This document shows, one piece after another, positions 55,961-64,000 of a DNA stretch of 64,000 nucleotides (positions within the stretch are counted from its first letter, which is position 1; each line of letters starts with the position of its first letter). This stretch comes from an uncultured virus (IMG/VR IMGVR_UViG_3300020362_000001) (Duplodnaviria; Heunggongvirae; Uroviricota; Caudoviricetes): the IMG/VR virus record IMGVR_UViG_3300020362_000001. One strand, written 5' to 3'. A program made the translations under genes and the position numbers. The notes beneath the pieces were generated by a model. It had not been told where the DNA came from, made no database searches, and saw only the letters and a program-made list of their open reading frames with translations.

Positions 55961-55965
55961 ATATA

Positions 55966-57213
55966 ATGTCAAATACTAAGTTTTTCAACGATGCTATCGC
56001 TGAAGCTAAAGCTATTCGTGAGACTGCTCTAGCAAATGCCAAACTCGCACTTGAAGAAGCTTTTACTCCACAAATTCAATCTATGCTAGAAAAGAAACTT
56101 TCTGAAGAATCTGAAGAGCTAGATGAAGAAAAAGATCTTGACGAAACTAAAGTAGAAGAAACTACAAATGTAGAAGAAGCTGCTGTAGAAGAAGGAAAAG
56201 ATAAATCTGAAATGGACGAAGCTAAAGATAAGGACGATATGGACGAAGCTAAAGAAGTAGATGAAGCTAAAAAAGATGATGACATGAAGGAAGCCAAAAA
56301 GGACGACGACATGAAAGAATCTAAAGTAGAAGAAACTACTGAAGTAGATGAAGCTAAAGAAGTCGAAGAAGCTAAAGCTGATGTTGATGAAGCAAAAGAC
56401 AAAGAGGACATGAAAGAATCTGATGATGAAGTATCCGAAGAAATGGGTAAAAAATCTATGAAAGATGAAGACATGTACGAAGAAGGATCAATTGAAGAAA
56501 TTGATCTGGATGAACTACTTGCTGAGCTAGAAGCTGCTGAAGAGGGCTATGGCAAAGACAAGGATATGAAAGACGAAACTGTTGAAGAAACTCCTGTTTC
56601 TGAAGAAGCACCAGTTGCTGAAGAAGAAACTGTTTCAGAAGAAGCTCCTGTAGAAGAGGAAGCTGGTGCTGAAGATGAAGTGGGTGAAATCACAGTGGAC
56701 GAACTTAAAGACATCATCAAGGACGTCATGCAAGACGTACTAGGTGGAGAAGGCGGAGAAGACATGGAAGTTGATGTTGACGGAGATGGTGACATGGATG
56801 TTGCTGTTGACGGAGACGGAGACGGAGATATCGAAATAGATGAGGAAAAAGTTGATGAAACTAAAGCTGAATTAAATGAAGCTATTAATGTAATCAAAAC
56901 TTTGAAATCAGAACTAAACGAAGTCAATCTTCTTAACGCTAAACTTCTTTACGTTAACAAACTATTTAGAAGCAAAACATTAACTGAAAACCAAAAGGTT
57001 AAAGTAATTAATGCTTTTGATAGAGCTGAATCTGTAAAAGAAGTCAAAAACATTTTTGAGACAATTAAGGATGCTGTAACAACAGAAACTAAGAAACAAG
57101 TAAACGAATCTCGTTCATTTGCTTCTAAAGCTACTGGAAACGCACCTAAAAAACCAATTGTCGAAAGTAACGATTTCGTGTCTAGAATGCAAAAACTAGC
57201 CGGAATTATTTAA
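55966..57213 (+). CDS. Prohead scaffold/core protein
   Basis: Between protease and capsid; acidic, many x-x-E repeats; LNEVNLLNAKLLY; ends RMQKLAGI. Confidence 0.85.
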   Translation: MSNTKFFNDAIAEAKAIRETALANAKLALEEAFTPQIQSMLEKKLSEESEELDEEKDLDETKVEETTNVEEAAVEEGKDKSEMDEAKDKDDMDEAKEVDEAKKDDDMKEAKKDDDMKESKVEETTEVDEAKEVEEAKADVDEAKDKEDMKESDDEVSEEMGKKSMKDEDMYEEGSIEEIDLDELLAELEAAEEGYGKDKDMKDETVEETPVSEEAPVAEEETVSEEAPVEEEAGAEDEVGEITVDELKDIIKDVMQDVLGGEGGEDMEVDVDGDGDMDVAVDGDGDGDIEIDEEKVDETKAELNEAINVIKTLKSELNEVNLLNAKLLYVNKLFRSKTLTENQKVKVINAFDRAESVKEVKNIFETIKDAVTTETKKQVNESRSFASKATGNAPKKPIVESNDFVSRMQKLAGII

Positions 57214-57238
57214 TTAACCGATTTAAAAAATATTTGAA

Positions 57239-58873
57239 ATGTCAAACGTAGTAAATCAATTATTGGAAACCGCTAATCCATACACTTCAGTAGCAAAAGA
57301 TGCTGCTAGACTTGCTGGAAAGTGGGAAAAGTCAGGATTACTGGAAGGTATCTCTCATGATGGCGACAAAGGTAATATGGCTATTCTACTAGAAAACCAA
57401 GCTAAACAGCTTGTAGTAGAAGCTTCTTCTACTGGTACAGGTGGTACATTTACTGCAGGAACAGGTGAGCAATACGCTGCTGTTGCTCTTCCATTGGTAA
57501 GAAAAGTATTCGGACAAATTGCTGCTAAGGAATTTGTTTCTGTACAACCAATGAGCCTACCTGCTGGTCTTGTATTTTACCTAGACTTCCAGTATGGAAC
57601 AACTAAAAAACCATTTGTAGATGGCGAATCTATGTACGGTAAAACTAGCTCAAACTTCGGTAACGAAGCTTCAGGTGGTCTTTATGGTGCAGGAAGATTT
57701 GGATACTCAGTTAATGAGTTTTCATCTTCAATCAACTCTGTAACTGTTTACTCATCTTCTTGGGATGAAGTAAATTTTGATTCTGATTTATCAGCATCAG
57801 TTGCTAGAAATGAAATCAAGCACGTTAGATTAACAACAGCATCTATTTCTACAAACCTAGATTTAGAAGCAGTAAGATCATTTGTAGTGACTTCAGGTTC
57901 AATCCTAGAAAGCAGACAATTACCTGCATTCACAAAACAAGTCGCTGGTTCAACTGATGTAAGATTTTATTTCACAGGTTCAGCTGCTGAAATTAAAGAT
58001 GGTAATACTTATGTAGTACACTTCTCTAAAACAACTGCAGACAATGCAAGGGGTGATTTTGAGGATGGTGCTGATTATTCTTCTCAATCTGGAACAGGAA
58101 GAGCAATTAATATCCCAGAGATTAATGTTCAATTAAGAAGTGAAACTATTGCTGCTAAAACACGTAAGTTAAAAGCACAATGGACACCAGAATTTTCTCA
58201 GGATTTAAATGCATTCCATTCACTAGATGCTGAAGCTGAATTAACAAACATTTTAAGTGAATATATTTCACTAGAAATTGATCTAGAAATTCTAGATATG
58301 TTAATTGACAGTGTACCTGCTAGTAACGTAGCTAACTGGTCAGCTAAAGTAGGTCAGGAAATTAACACTGCTGGAACTGCTTATGAATCAAATACTGATG
58401 GTGTATACTATACACAAATGAGCTGGTTCCAAACACTTGGAATTAAATTGCAGAAAATTTCTAACATCATACATCAGAAAACTCTAAGAGGTGGTGCTAA
58501 CTTTATGGTAGTATCTCCAACAGTAGCAACTATCCTAGAATCTATTCCAGGATTTGCAGCTGATAGTGATGGTGATGCAGCTAAAGCAACTTATGCTTTT
58601 GGTGTACAGAAAATTGGTGCATTAAACTCTAGATATAAAGTTTATAAAAACCCTTACATGACTGAAAATACAATCTTGTTAGGATTTAGAGGTAACCAAT
58701 TCCTAGAAAGTGGTGCTGTTTATGCTCCATATATTCCATTAATCATGACACCTCTAGTGTACGATCCTAATACCTTCACTCCAAGAAAAGGTATTATGAC
58801 TAGATACGCTAAGAAAATGGTAAGACCTGAATTTTATGGAAAAGTACATGTTTCTGGATTGAATGTAATCTAA
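57239..58873 (+). CDS. Major capsid protein (gp23-like)
   Basis: LLENQ, VSVQPM..P.GLVFYL, AKTRKLKAQWT.E..QDL.A.H, YAPYIPL, TRYA. Confidence 0.97.
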   Translation: MSNVVNQLLETANPYTSVAKDAARLAGKWEKSGLLEGISHDGDKGNMAILLENQAKQLVVEASSTGTGGTFTAGTGEQYAAVALPLVRKVFGQIAAKEFVSVQPMSLPAGLVFYLDFQYGTTKKPFVDGESMYGKTSSNFGNEASGGLYGAGRFGYSVNEFSSSINSVTVYSSSWDEVNFDSDLSASVARNEIKHVRLTTASISTNLDLEAVRSFVVTSGSILESRQLPAFTKQVAGSTDVRFYFTGSAAEIKDGNTYVVHFSKTTADNARGDFEDGADYSSQSGTGRAINIPEINVQLRSETIAAKTRKLKAQWTPEFSQDLNAFHSLDAEAELTNILSEYISLEIDLEILDMLIDSVPASNVANWSAKVGQEINTAGTAYESNTDGVYYTQMSWFQTLGIKLQKISNIIHQKTLRGGANFMVVSPTVATILESIPGFAADSDGDAAKATYAFGVQKIGALNSRYKVYKNPYMTENTILLGFRGNQFLESGAVYAPYIPLIMTPLVYDPNTFTPRKGIMTRYAKKMVRPEFYGKVHVSGLNVI

Positions 58874-58894
58874 GATAACATACATACTTGAATT

Positions 58895-58924
58895 AAATCC
58901 CGCCTTTTAGGCGGGATTTTTTTT
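58895..58924 (+). terminator. Rho-independent terminator after major capsid gene
   Basis: AAATCCCGCCT-TTT-AGGCGGGATTT followed by a T-run. Confidence 0.9.
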
Positions 58925-58975
58925 ATATTTATATGTGACGTTCTTTCACATTGTTTAACCCTTAATTAATTGTTT

Positions 58976-59710
58976 ATGTCAAGTAAACCTCATACAGACG
59001 ATGTTTATCGTCCAAAAAGGATTCCAAAAAACCCAATTAAATTTAAAATACAACTTAATGATGAACAAAAACAAGCAAAAGCTGAAATTTTAGAAAACAC
59101 AATTACTCTCCTAGCGGGACAAGCAGGTTCTGGAAAAACGTTATTAGCATGTAATGTAGCTTTAGATGGTCTTTTTAGACGAATGTATGATAAAGTAATA
59201 ATTACAAGACCTACAGTATCAAAAGAAGAAATAGGATTTTTACCTGGTGATCTTAGAGAGAAAATGGATCCATGGGTACAACCTATTTATCAAAATATGT
59301 TCCTATTATACGATAAATCTAAAGTAGAAAGATATATAGAAAAATCAGAAATAGAAATTGTACCAGTATCATTTATGCGAGGTAGGACATTTGTTAATTC
59401 CATAGTAATAGTAGACGAAGCACAAAATGTTACTCATGATCAAATGGAAATGATAGTAACTCGTTTAGGTAAAGGATCTAAAATGATAGTATGTGGTGAT
59501 ACACATCAGGTAGATTTAAAGAAAAAAGAGGATTCTGGATTTAAATTTTTATATAATGGAGCTAAAAAAATAAAAGAAATGCAATCTCTTACTTTAGTTA
59601 CTAATAATAGAGCAGATGTAGTACAAGATTTAATAGATTATTATAATGATGCATATGATCAAAATAAAATAGTAGGAACAGCCGGTAGTAGTGGAGCACA
59701 AAGAAGATAA
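58976..59710 (+). CDS. phoH: PhoH-like ATPase
   Basis: GQAGSGKT, ITRP, IGFLPGDLREKMDPW, FMRGRTF, DEAQN, TRLG, GD..Q.D; ATG 58976 preferred. Confidence 0.92.
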   Translation: MSSKPHTDDVYRPKRIPKNPIKFKIQLNDEQKQAKAEILENTITLLAGQAGSGKTLLACNVALDGLFRRMYDKVIITRPTVSKEEIGFLPGDLREKMDPWVQPIYQNMFLLYDKSKVERYIEKSEIEIVPVSFMRGRTFVNSIVIVDEAQNVTHDQMEMIVTRLGKGSKMIVCGDTHQVDLKKKEDSGFKFLYNGAKKIKEMQSLTLVTNNRADVVQDLIDYYNDAYDQNKIVGTAGSSGAQRR

Positions 59711-59731
59711 ATATTTATAATAAAATAAAAC

Positions 59732-60136
59732 ATGGCCGCAGGAAAATATTCTTTTGTAATTGAAAAAGGAGCTACTACCGATTTTGAAATCCTATATAAG
59801 GATGCATCTGGAACTCCTATAGATCTAACCGACAATCAAGCTAGAATGCAACTTAGAGCCGAACAAACTGGCTCAAGTGAATTATATCTTACTTTATCTA
59901 GTAGTTTAAATAGTGATGGTACTGGATTAAATATAAGTGGTTCAGGAGGTACTAACCCCCCAGAATCAGGATCAATAGGAATATTTATTTCTTACTTAAC
60001 ATCTTCAAATTTAGATTTCGAAAGGGCTTTTTACGATTTAGAAATTGCATCAGGTAGTGGTATTAATACAAAAGTAACTCGTATCCTAGAAGGACAAGTT
60101 CAAGTATCTAAAAATATCACTACAGGATCATTTTAA
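59732..60136 (+). CDS. Small virion protein (BppU-N-like Ig fold)
   Basis: IEKGAT...PIDLT...ARMQLR...YDLEI...RILEGQV; ATATTTAT at 59711. Confidence 0.65.
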   Translation: MAAGKYSFVIEKGATTDFEILYKDASGTPIDLTDNQARMQLRAEQTGSSELYLTLSSSLNSDGTGLNISGSGGTNPPESGSIGIFISYLTSSNLDFERAFYDLEIASGSGINTKVTRILEGQVQVSKNITTGSF

Positions 60137-61824
60137 TGGCTAATAAAGTCACTATAAAACCCAATGCCAGTGATCTCGATCTACAGGCTACAAACAATCA
60201 AGTCATTGTTGATGGACAGACCCTTGATCCTAATTCAGTAGGGGTTAATATTACCAATCAAAAACTTGATCTTCAAACACCACCAGCTAATGAAATAGTA
60301 ATAAATGAAGACACTAGAAATATTACTATTACTAATAATAAAACTGGTACATCTGTAAATTTAACTCAAGAAACTTCTAGAGTAGTAAATATAACTACAC
60401 CTGGTCCTAAAGGTGATCCAGGTGCTACAGGTACATCTGGTACATCTGGTAGTTCCGGTACATCCGGAGAAATAGGAAGTTCGGGTACCTCAGGTACTTC
60501 AGGTTCTAGTAGTACATCAGGTAGTTCTGGTACTGATGGTTCTTCTGGTTCATCGGGATCATCAGGATCTTCAGGTACATCCGGAGTAGGAGAAGATGGT
60601 ACTTCGGGATCTTCAGGAAGTTCGGGTTCATCAGGTAGTTCGGGTAGTTCTGGTACTTCAGGAGTACAAGGTAATCCAGGTACATCAGGTACATCTGGTT
60701 CATCGGGTACATCAGGAGTTCAAGGAGATGCTGGTACATCAGGTACATCAGGTTCATCGGGAAGTTCAGGTACTTCAGGAACGGATGGTACATCAGGTAC
60801 AGATGGTAGTTCAGGATCAAGTGGTAGTTCTGGTAGTTCTGGTAGTTCAGGTACATCAGGACAAGATGGTAATTTTGGAGGTGCCGCTTTTGATTTCACT
60901 TTTAATGCTAGTCCAGTAGATAATGATCCGGGTAATGGTAAACTAAAATTAAATAATACTTCACCCCAAAGATCAAGTACTAAACTTTTTATAGATAATG
61001 TAGATGATAGTGGTTCAAGTATAATTTCATTTTTAAATACTATTGATGCCGCTACTTCTACTATTAAAGGTCATGTAAGAATATCTAATAAAACGGATCC
61101 TTCACAATATCTTTTATTTCAAATATCAGATTTAGCCCCTGATTCTGATAATTTTTACTTTAAAGTAGATATAAATAATGTAGGATATTCAGCTGATAGT
61201 CCCTTTACTAATAATGAAGATATAATAGTTGCCTTTCTAGTAACTGGTGATAAGGGTGATACTGGTGCTGCGGGTACTTCTGGTACTTCTGGATCTTCTG
61301 GATCTTCGGGTTCATCAGGTACCGCTGGTACATCAGGTACTTCAGCTTTACCATTATCTACAGGTTCATTTACTGGTTCTTTTACAGGAAGTGTAGATGC
61401 AGTAAATGATTTCACATTTAGTGGAGAGGTACTTAATGTTTTAGGTGATGTTTTTGTACAAGGTGAATTAGATGCCGCTACTAAAAACTTTAGAATAAAT
61501 CATCCTCAAAAACCTGGATATTGGTTAATGCATTCTTCATTAGAAGGACCTGAAAGAGGTATTTATTATAGAGGTAGATTAAAAACATCTAATACCATAT
61601 ATTTACCTGATTATTGGGAAGATTTAACGGATGATGTTGATATTACAGTACAATTAACTCCTATAGGTAATGCTTGTTTACATTTTGTAGAATCTATAAG
61701 TAAAAAAGAAATAAAAGTTGGGTGTGATTGTGGAACACCACATTGTTTCTTTATAGTACATGCTCAAAGGTATGATCAAGGTAAATTTGAAATATTAAAA
61801 CCCAAAATAAGCAAATCATTATAA
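60136..61824 (+). CDS. Fibre protein with Gly-X-Y (GTS/GSS) repeats and C-terminal chaperone-like domain
   Basis: Long collagen-like triplets; KNFRINHP...HSSLEGPE..YYRG. Confidence 0.8.
   Translation: MANKVTIKPNASDLDLQATNNQVIVDGQTLDPNSVGVNITNQKLDLQTPPANEIVINEDTRNITITNNKTGTSVNLTQETSRVVNITTPGPKGDPGATGTSGTSGSSGTSGEIGSSGTSGTSGSSSTSGSSGTDGSSGSSGSSGSSGTSGVGEDGTSGSSGSSGSSGSSGSSGTSGVQGNPGTSGTSGSSGTSGVQGDAGTSGTSGSSGSSGTSGTDGTSGTDGSSGSSGSSGSSGSSGTSGQDGNFGGAAFDFTFNASPVDNDPGNGKLKLNNTSPQRSSTKLFIDNVDDSGSSIISFLNTIDAATSTIKGHVRISNKTDPSQYLLFQISDLAPDSDNFYFKVDINNVGYSADSPFTNNEDIIVAFLVTGDKGDTGAAGTSGTSGSSGSSGSSGTAGTSGTSALPLSTGSFTGSFTGSVDAVNDFTFSGEVLNVLGDVFVQGELDAATKNFRINHPQKPGYWLMHSSLEGPERGIYYRGRLKTSNTIYLPDYWEDLTDDVDITVQLTPIGNACLHFVESISKKEIKVGCDCGTPHCFFIVHAQRYDQGKFEILKPKISKSL
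60403..60880 (+). repeat. Degenerate 9-bp repeats encoding (G-T/S-S)n
   Basis: ggtacatca/ggttcatcg/ggtagttct units; a shorter second block at about 61246-61343. Confidence 0.9.
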
Positions 61825-61844
61825 TATTTATATAAAAACATACT

Positions 61845-62996
61845 ATGGCTCAAAACCCTATCATATATCCCGGTTCATCTTCTTTCATTCCAGGACAAAC
61901 TCCTTTTGGTTTTTATGATTATGATACTAATTTTCAAACTGATGCTGATAAAGTTGCATCATTTTGTGCATCTCGTTTAGGTTATCCTACAGTAGATGTT
62001 GAAATGGGCAGTGGTTCATTTTATGCTTGTTTTGAAGAAGCAGTAACTACATATGGTAATGAAGTTTATTTATACCAAATAAGAAATAATTTTCTAAATT
62101 TAGAAGCCACTAGTACTGGTTCAGCACATAATCAGGATGTTATAAATCCTAATTTAGGAAATATAATTAGAATAGCCGATAATTATGGCTCTGAAGCAGG
62201 AGCAGGTGGTAATGTAACTTGGTATTCGGGTTCTATACCATTAACAGCTTCAGTACAGGAATACGATTTAGATGTTTGGAAAGATACTCAAAATGTTACT
62301 GGTTCTATTGAAGTAAAACAAGTGTTTTATCAAAATACTCCTGCCATAGTAAGATATTTTGATCCATATGCTGGTACAGGGTATGGTTCACAACAATTAT
62401 TAGATGTGTTTGGTTTTGGAAATTATTCTCCTGCTATTAATTTCTTATTAATGCCAATTTATTATGATGTATCTGTAATACAAGCCATAGAATTAAATGA
62501 TACAATTAGAAAATCGGCATTTACATTTGAATTAGTTAATAATAAATTAAGAATATTCCCTATACCTAATCAGGAAGGACAATTATTCATACAATATATT
62601 CAGGTTAATGATAGAAATGCTCCTACAGGATCTGATTTTGCTGGACAAAATTTAGTAACAGACATATCTAATGTACCATATGAAAATCCTACTTATCAGT
62701 ATATAAATGCTCCTGGTCGTTATTGGATTTTTGAGTATACCTTAGCATTAGCTAAAGAATTATTAGGATATGTAAGAGGAAAATATCAGCAGGTGCCTAT
62801 ACCTGGAGCCGAAGTTTCATTAAATCAGGGTGATTTAATTTCCGCTGCTACAACTGAAAAAGCAGCTTTAATTGAAAAACTTAGAAATGATTTAGATGAA
62901 AATTCTAGAAAATTACAATTACAAAGAAAAGCAGAGGAAGCAGATGCTATGGGTAAAACTTTAGATCAAGTTCCATTACCAATTTATATAGCATAA
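61845..62996 (+). CDS. Neck protein (gp13-like)
   Basis: RLGYPTVDVE...WIFEYTLALAKELLG.VRGKY..IPG; ATATTTAT at 61824. Confidence 0.8.
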   Translation: MAQNPIIYPGSSSFIPGQTPFGFYDYDTNFQTDADKVASFCASRLGYPTVDVEMGSGSFYACFEEAVTTYGNEVYLYQIRNNFLNLEATSTGSAHNQDVINPNLGNIIRIADNYGSEAGAGGNVTWYSGSIPLTASVQEYDLDVWKDTQNVTGSIEVKQVFYQNTPAIVRYFDPYAGTGYGSQQLLDVFGFGNYSPAINFLLMPIYYDVSVIQAIELNDTIRKSAFTFELVNNKLRIFPIPNQEGQLFIQYIQVNDRNAPTGSDFAGQNLVTDISNVPYENPTYQYINAPGRYWIFEYTLALAKELLGYVRGKYQQVPIPGAEVSLNQGDLISAATTEKAALIEKLRNDLDENSRKLQLQRKAEEADAMGKTLDQVPLPIYIA

Positions 62997-62997
62997 T

Positions 62998-63489
62998 ATG
63001 GCACTATATGGAAGAAATAAGGATGCTTTACTTATACAAGGATTAAATAAAGAACTCCTTCATAATATTATTGAACAACAGGTAGGATATTACAAGCCTG
63101 TTTTAGAAAACACTCCTGCTAACATATATGGAGAAGCGCAAAATAAAACATGGTTAGGCCCTGTTTTACTTAAATGTTTACTGGATAGAGGTGAACAAGA
63201 AGTAGTAAATGATGATTTTGGGGTTGATAGAAATAGACCTTTAACAGTAAGATTTATAAGAAAAGATTTAGTTGATGCTAATATAGTTCCTGAAATAGGA
63301 GATGCTATATTATGGAATGAAGACTATTATGAAGTAGATAATTTAGTAGAAAATCAATTATTAGTAGGAAAAGATCCATTATATCCTTATAGTGATACAG
63401 TAGATGATTTTGGAGCAAGTTTATCTATAATAATAACATGTCATTATACAAGACCAGAAAGATTAGGAATTAAAGAACAACGTATATAA
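62998..63489 (+). CDS. Neck/head-completion protein (gp14-like)
   Basis: NIYGEA, FGVD, PEIGD.I.W...YYEV; follows the gp13-like gene. Confidence 0.7.
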   Translation: MALYGRNKDALLIQGLNKELLHNIIEQQVGYYKPVLENTPANIYGEAQNKTWLGPVLLKCLLDRGEQEVVNDDFGVDRNRPLTVRFIRKDLVDANIVPEIGDAILWNEDYYEVDNLVENQLLVGKDPLYPYSDTVDDFGASLSIIITCHYTRPERLGIKEQRI

Positions 63490-64000
63490 TGGAATTTAAA
63501 CCTAGACCATATACTAAAAGAGAGTTTTTGTCCAAGCTACAAAAACCTTATGTAAATCCTGATACTAAGGAAGAGGTATTACCTAAACAAGCTCCTCCCT
63601 CATTACCCTTAAAACCCGGTCAACCTGAAATTAATAGAGCATTAGAGGTATCTTTAAAGGATGATGATAAAAATAAAACTATATCTATAGGTTTAAAAGA
63701 TATAGATAGTGCTATTTTATTTTACTTAGAAAATGTAATAAAGCCTACTATAACTCAAAATGATAGGAGATTATCTGTACCTATAATATATGGTTCTCCA
63801 GAAAGATGGAAATCAATGCAAGCGGATGGTTTCTACAGGGATAAAAATGGTAAAACAATGGTACCCCTTGTAATGTTCAAAAGAGATAGTTTTACTAAAA
63901 ATAATACTATAGGAAATAAATTAGATGGTAATAAAGTAAATAATTTAAAATATTTTGAAACTGGATATTCTAAAAGGAATATTTACGATAATTTTAATGT
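63489..64000 (+). CDS. Tail terminator/sheath stabiliser (gp15-like), partial, runs off the window
   Basis: Hand-translated MEFKPRPY...IGLKDIDSAI...VPIIYGSPERW...PLVMFKR. Confidence 0.7.
   Translation, partial: MEFKPRPYTKREFLSKLQKPYVNPDTKEEVLPKQAPPSLPLKPGQPEINRALEVSLKDDDKNKTISIGLKDIDSAILFYLENVIKPTITQNDRRLSVPIIYGSPERWKSMQADGFYRDKNGKTMVPLVMFKRDSFTKNNTIGNKLDGNKVNNLKYFETGYSKRNIYDNFN

Noticed and set aside
60403..60880. Tandem repeat considered as a CRISPR array or VNTR
   Set aside because: No constant repeat with unique spacers; it is in-frame coding for Gly-X-Y. ORFs 60506-60856 (-) and 60596-60919 (+) are artefacts of the repeat.
8546..61415. Numerous minus-strand ORFs in the track (e.g. 8546-8953, 9316-9906, 22450-22929, 42677-43180, 56076-56474, 56547-56927)
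   Set aside because: They are antisense shadows of well-supported + strand genes with biased codon usage; no motifs or promoters support them.
1..64000. Stop-codon reassignment
   Set aside because: Core genes are full length under code 11 and densely coupled; no fragmentation at TAG or TGA.
1..64000. tRNA, rRNA, introns or inteins
   Set aside because: No cloverleaf or T-loop in context was seen by eye; terminase, portal, primase and capsid have uninterrupted, plausible lengths. A tRNAscan/Infernal run would be needed to exclude them formally.

Overview
The window is 64 kb of a large, AT-rich, T4-like (myovirus-type) phage genome, with essentially all real genes on the + strand. A Bacteroidota/flavobacterial host is inferred from Bacteroidota-like bipartite promoters, start regions generally lacking an obvious Shine-Dalgarno, lipoproteins and SprB-like repeats. 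Layout: small early/accessory genes and a compositionally odd, largely non-coding stretch (1-5.5 kb); glutaredoxin, HD hydrolase and a gp55-like late sigma factor; a baseplate/fibre module (8-30 kb); GIY-YIG-like nuclease, primase and exonuclease; a ~15 kb block (32.6-48 kb) of unusual modular proteins; then terminase, portal, prohead protease, scaffold, major capsid, PhoH, a Gly-Ser-Thr collagen-like fibre and neck/tail-completion genes. The most striking signal is a set of about 14 late genes whose products begin with a short leader ending in hydrophobic-x-E, resembling the T4 capsid-targeting sequence. Several are strings of unrelated modules joined at further hydrophobic-x-E sites, suggesting protease-processed, capsid-packaged polyprotein cargo that includes a kinase, a nucleotidyltransferase, a phosphatase, a metallopeptidase and a nuclease. 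Two promoter classes are readable directly: T(T/A)GG-N17-CGTATATT and ATATTTAT. All family assignments come from motifs recognised by eye; no searches were run.
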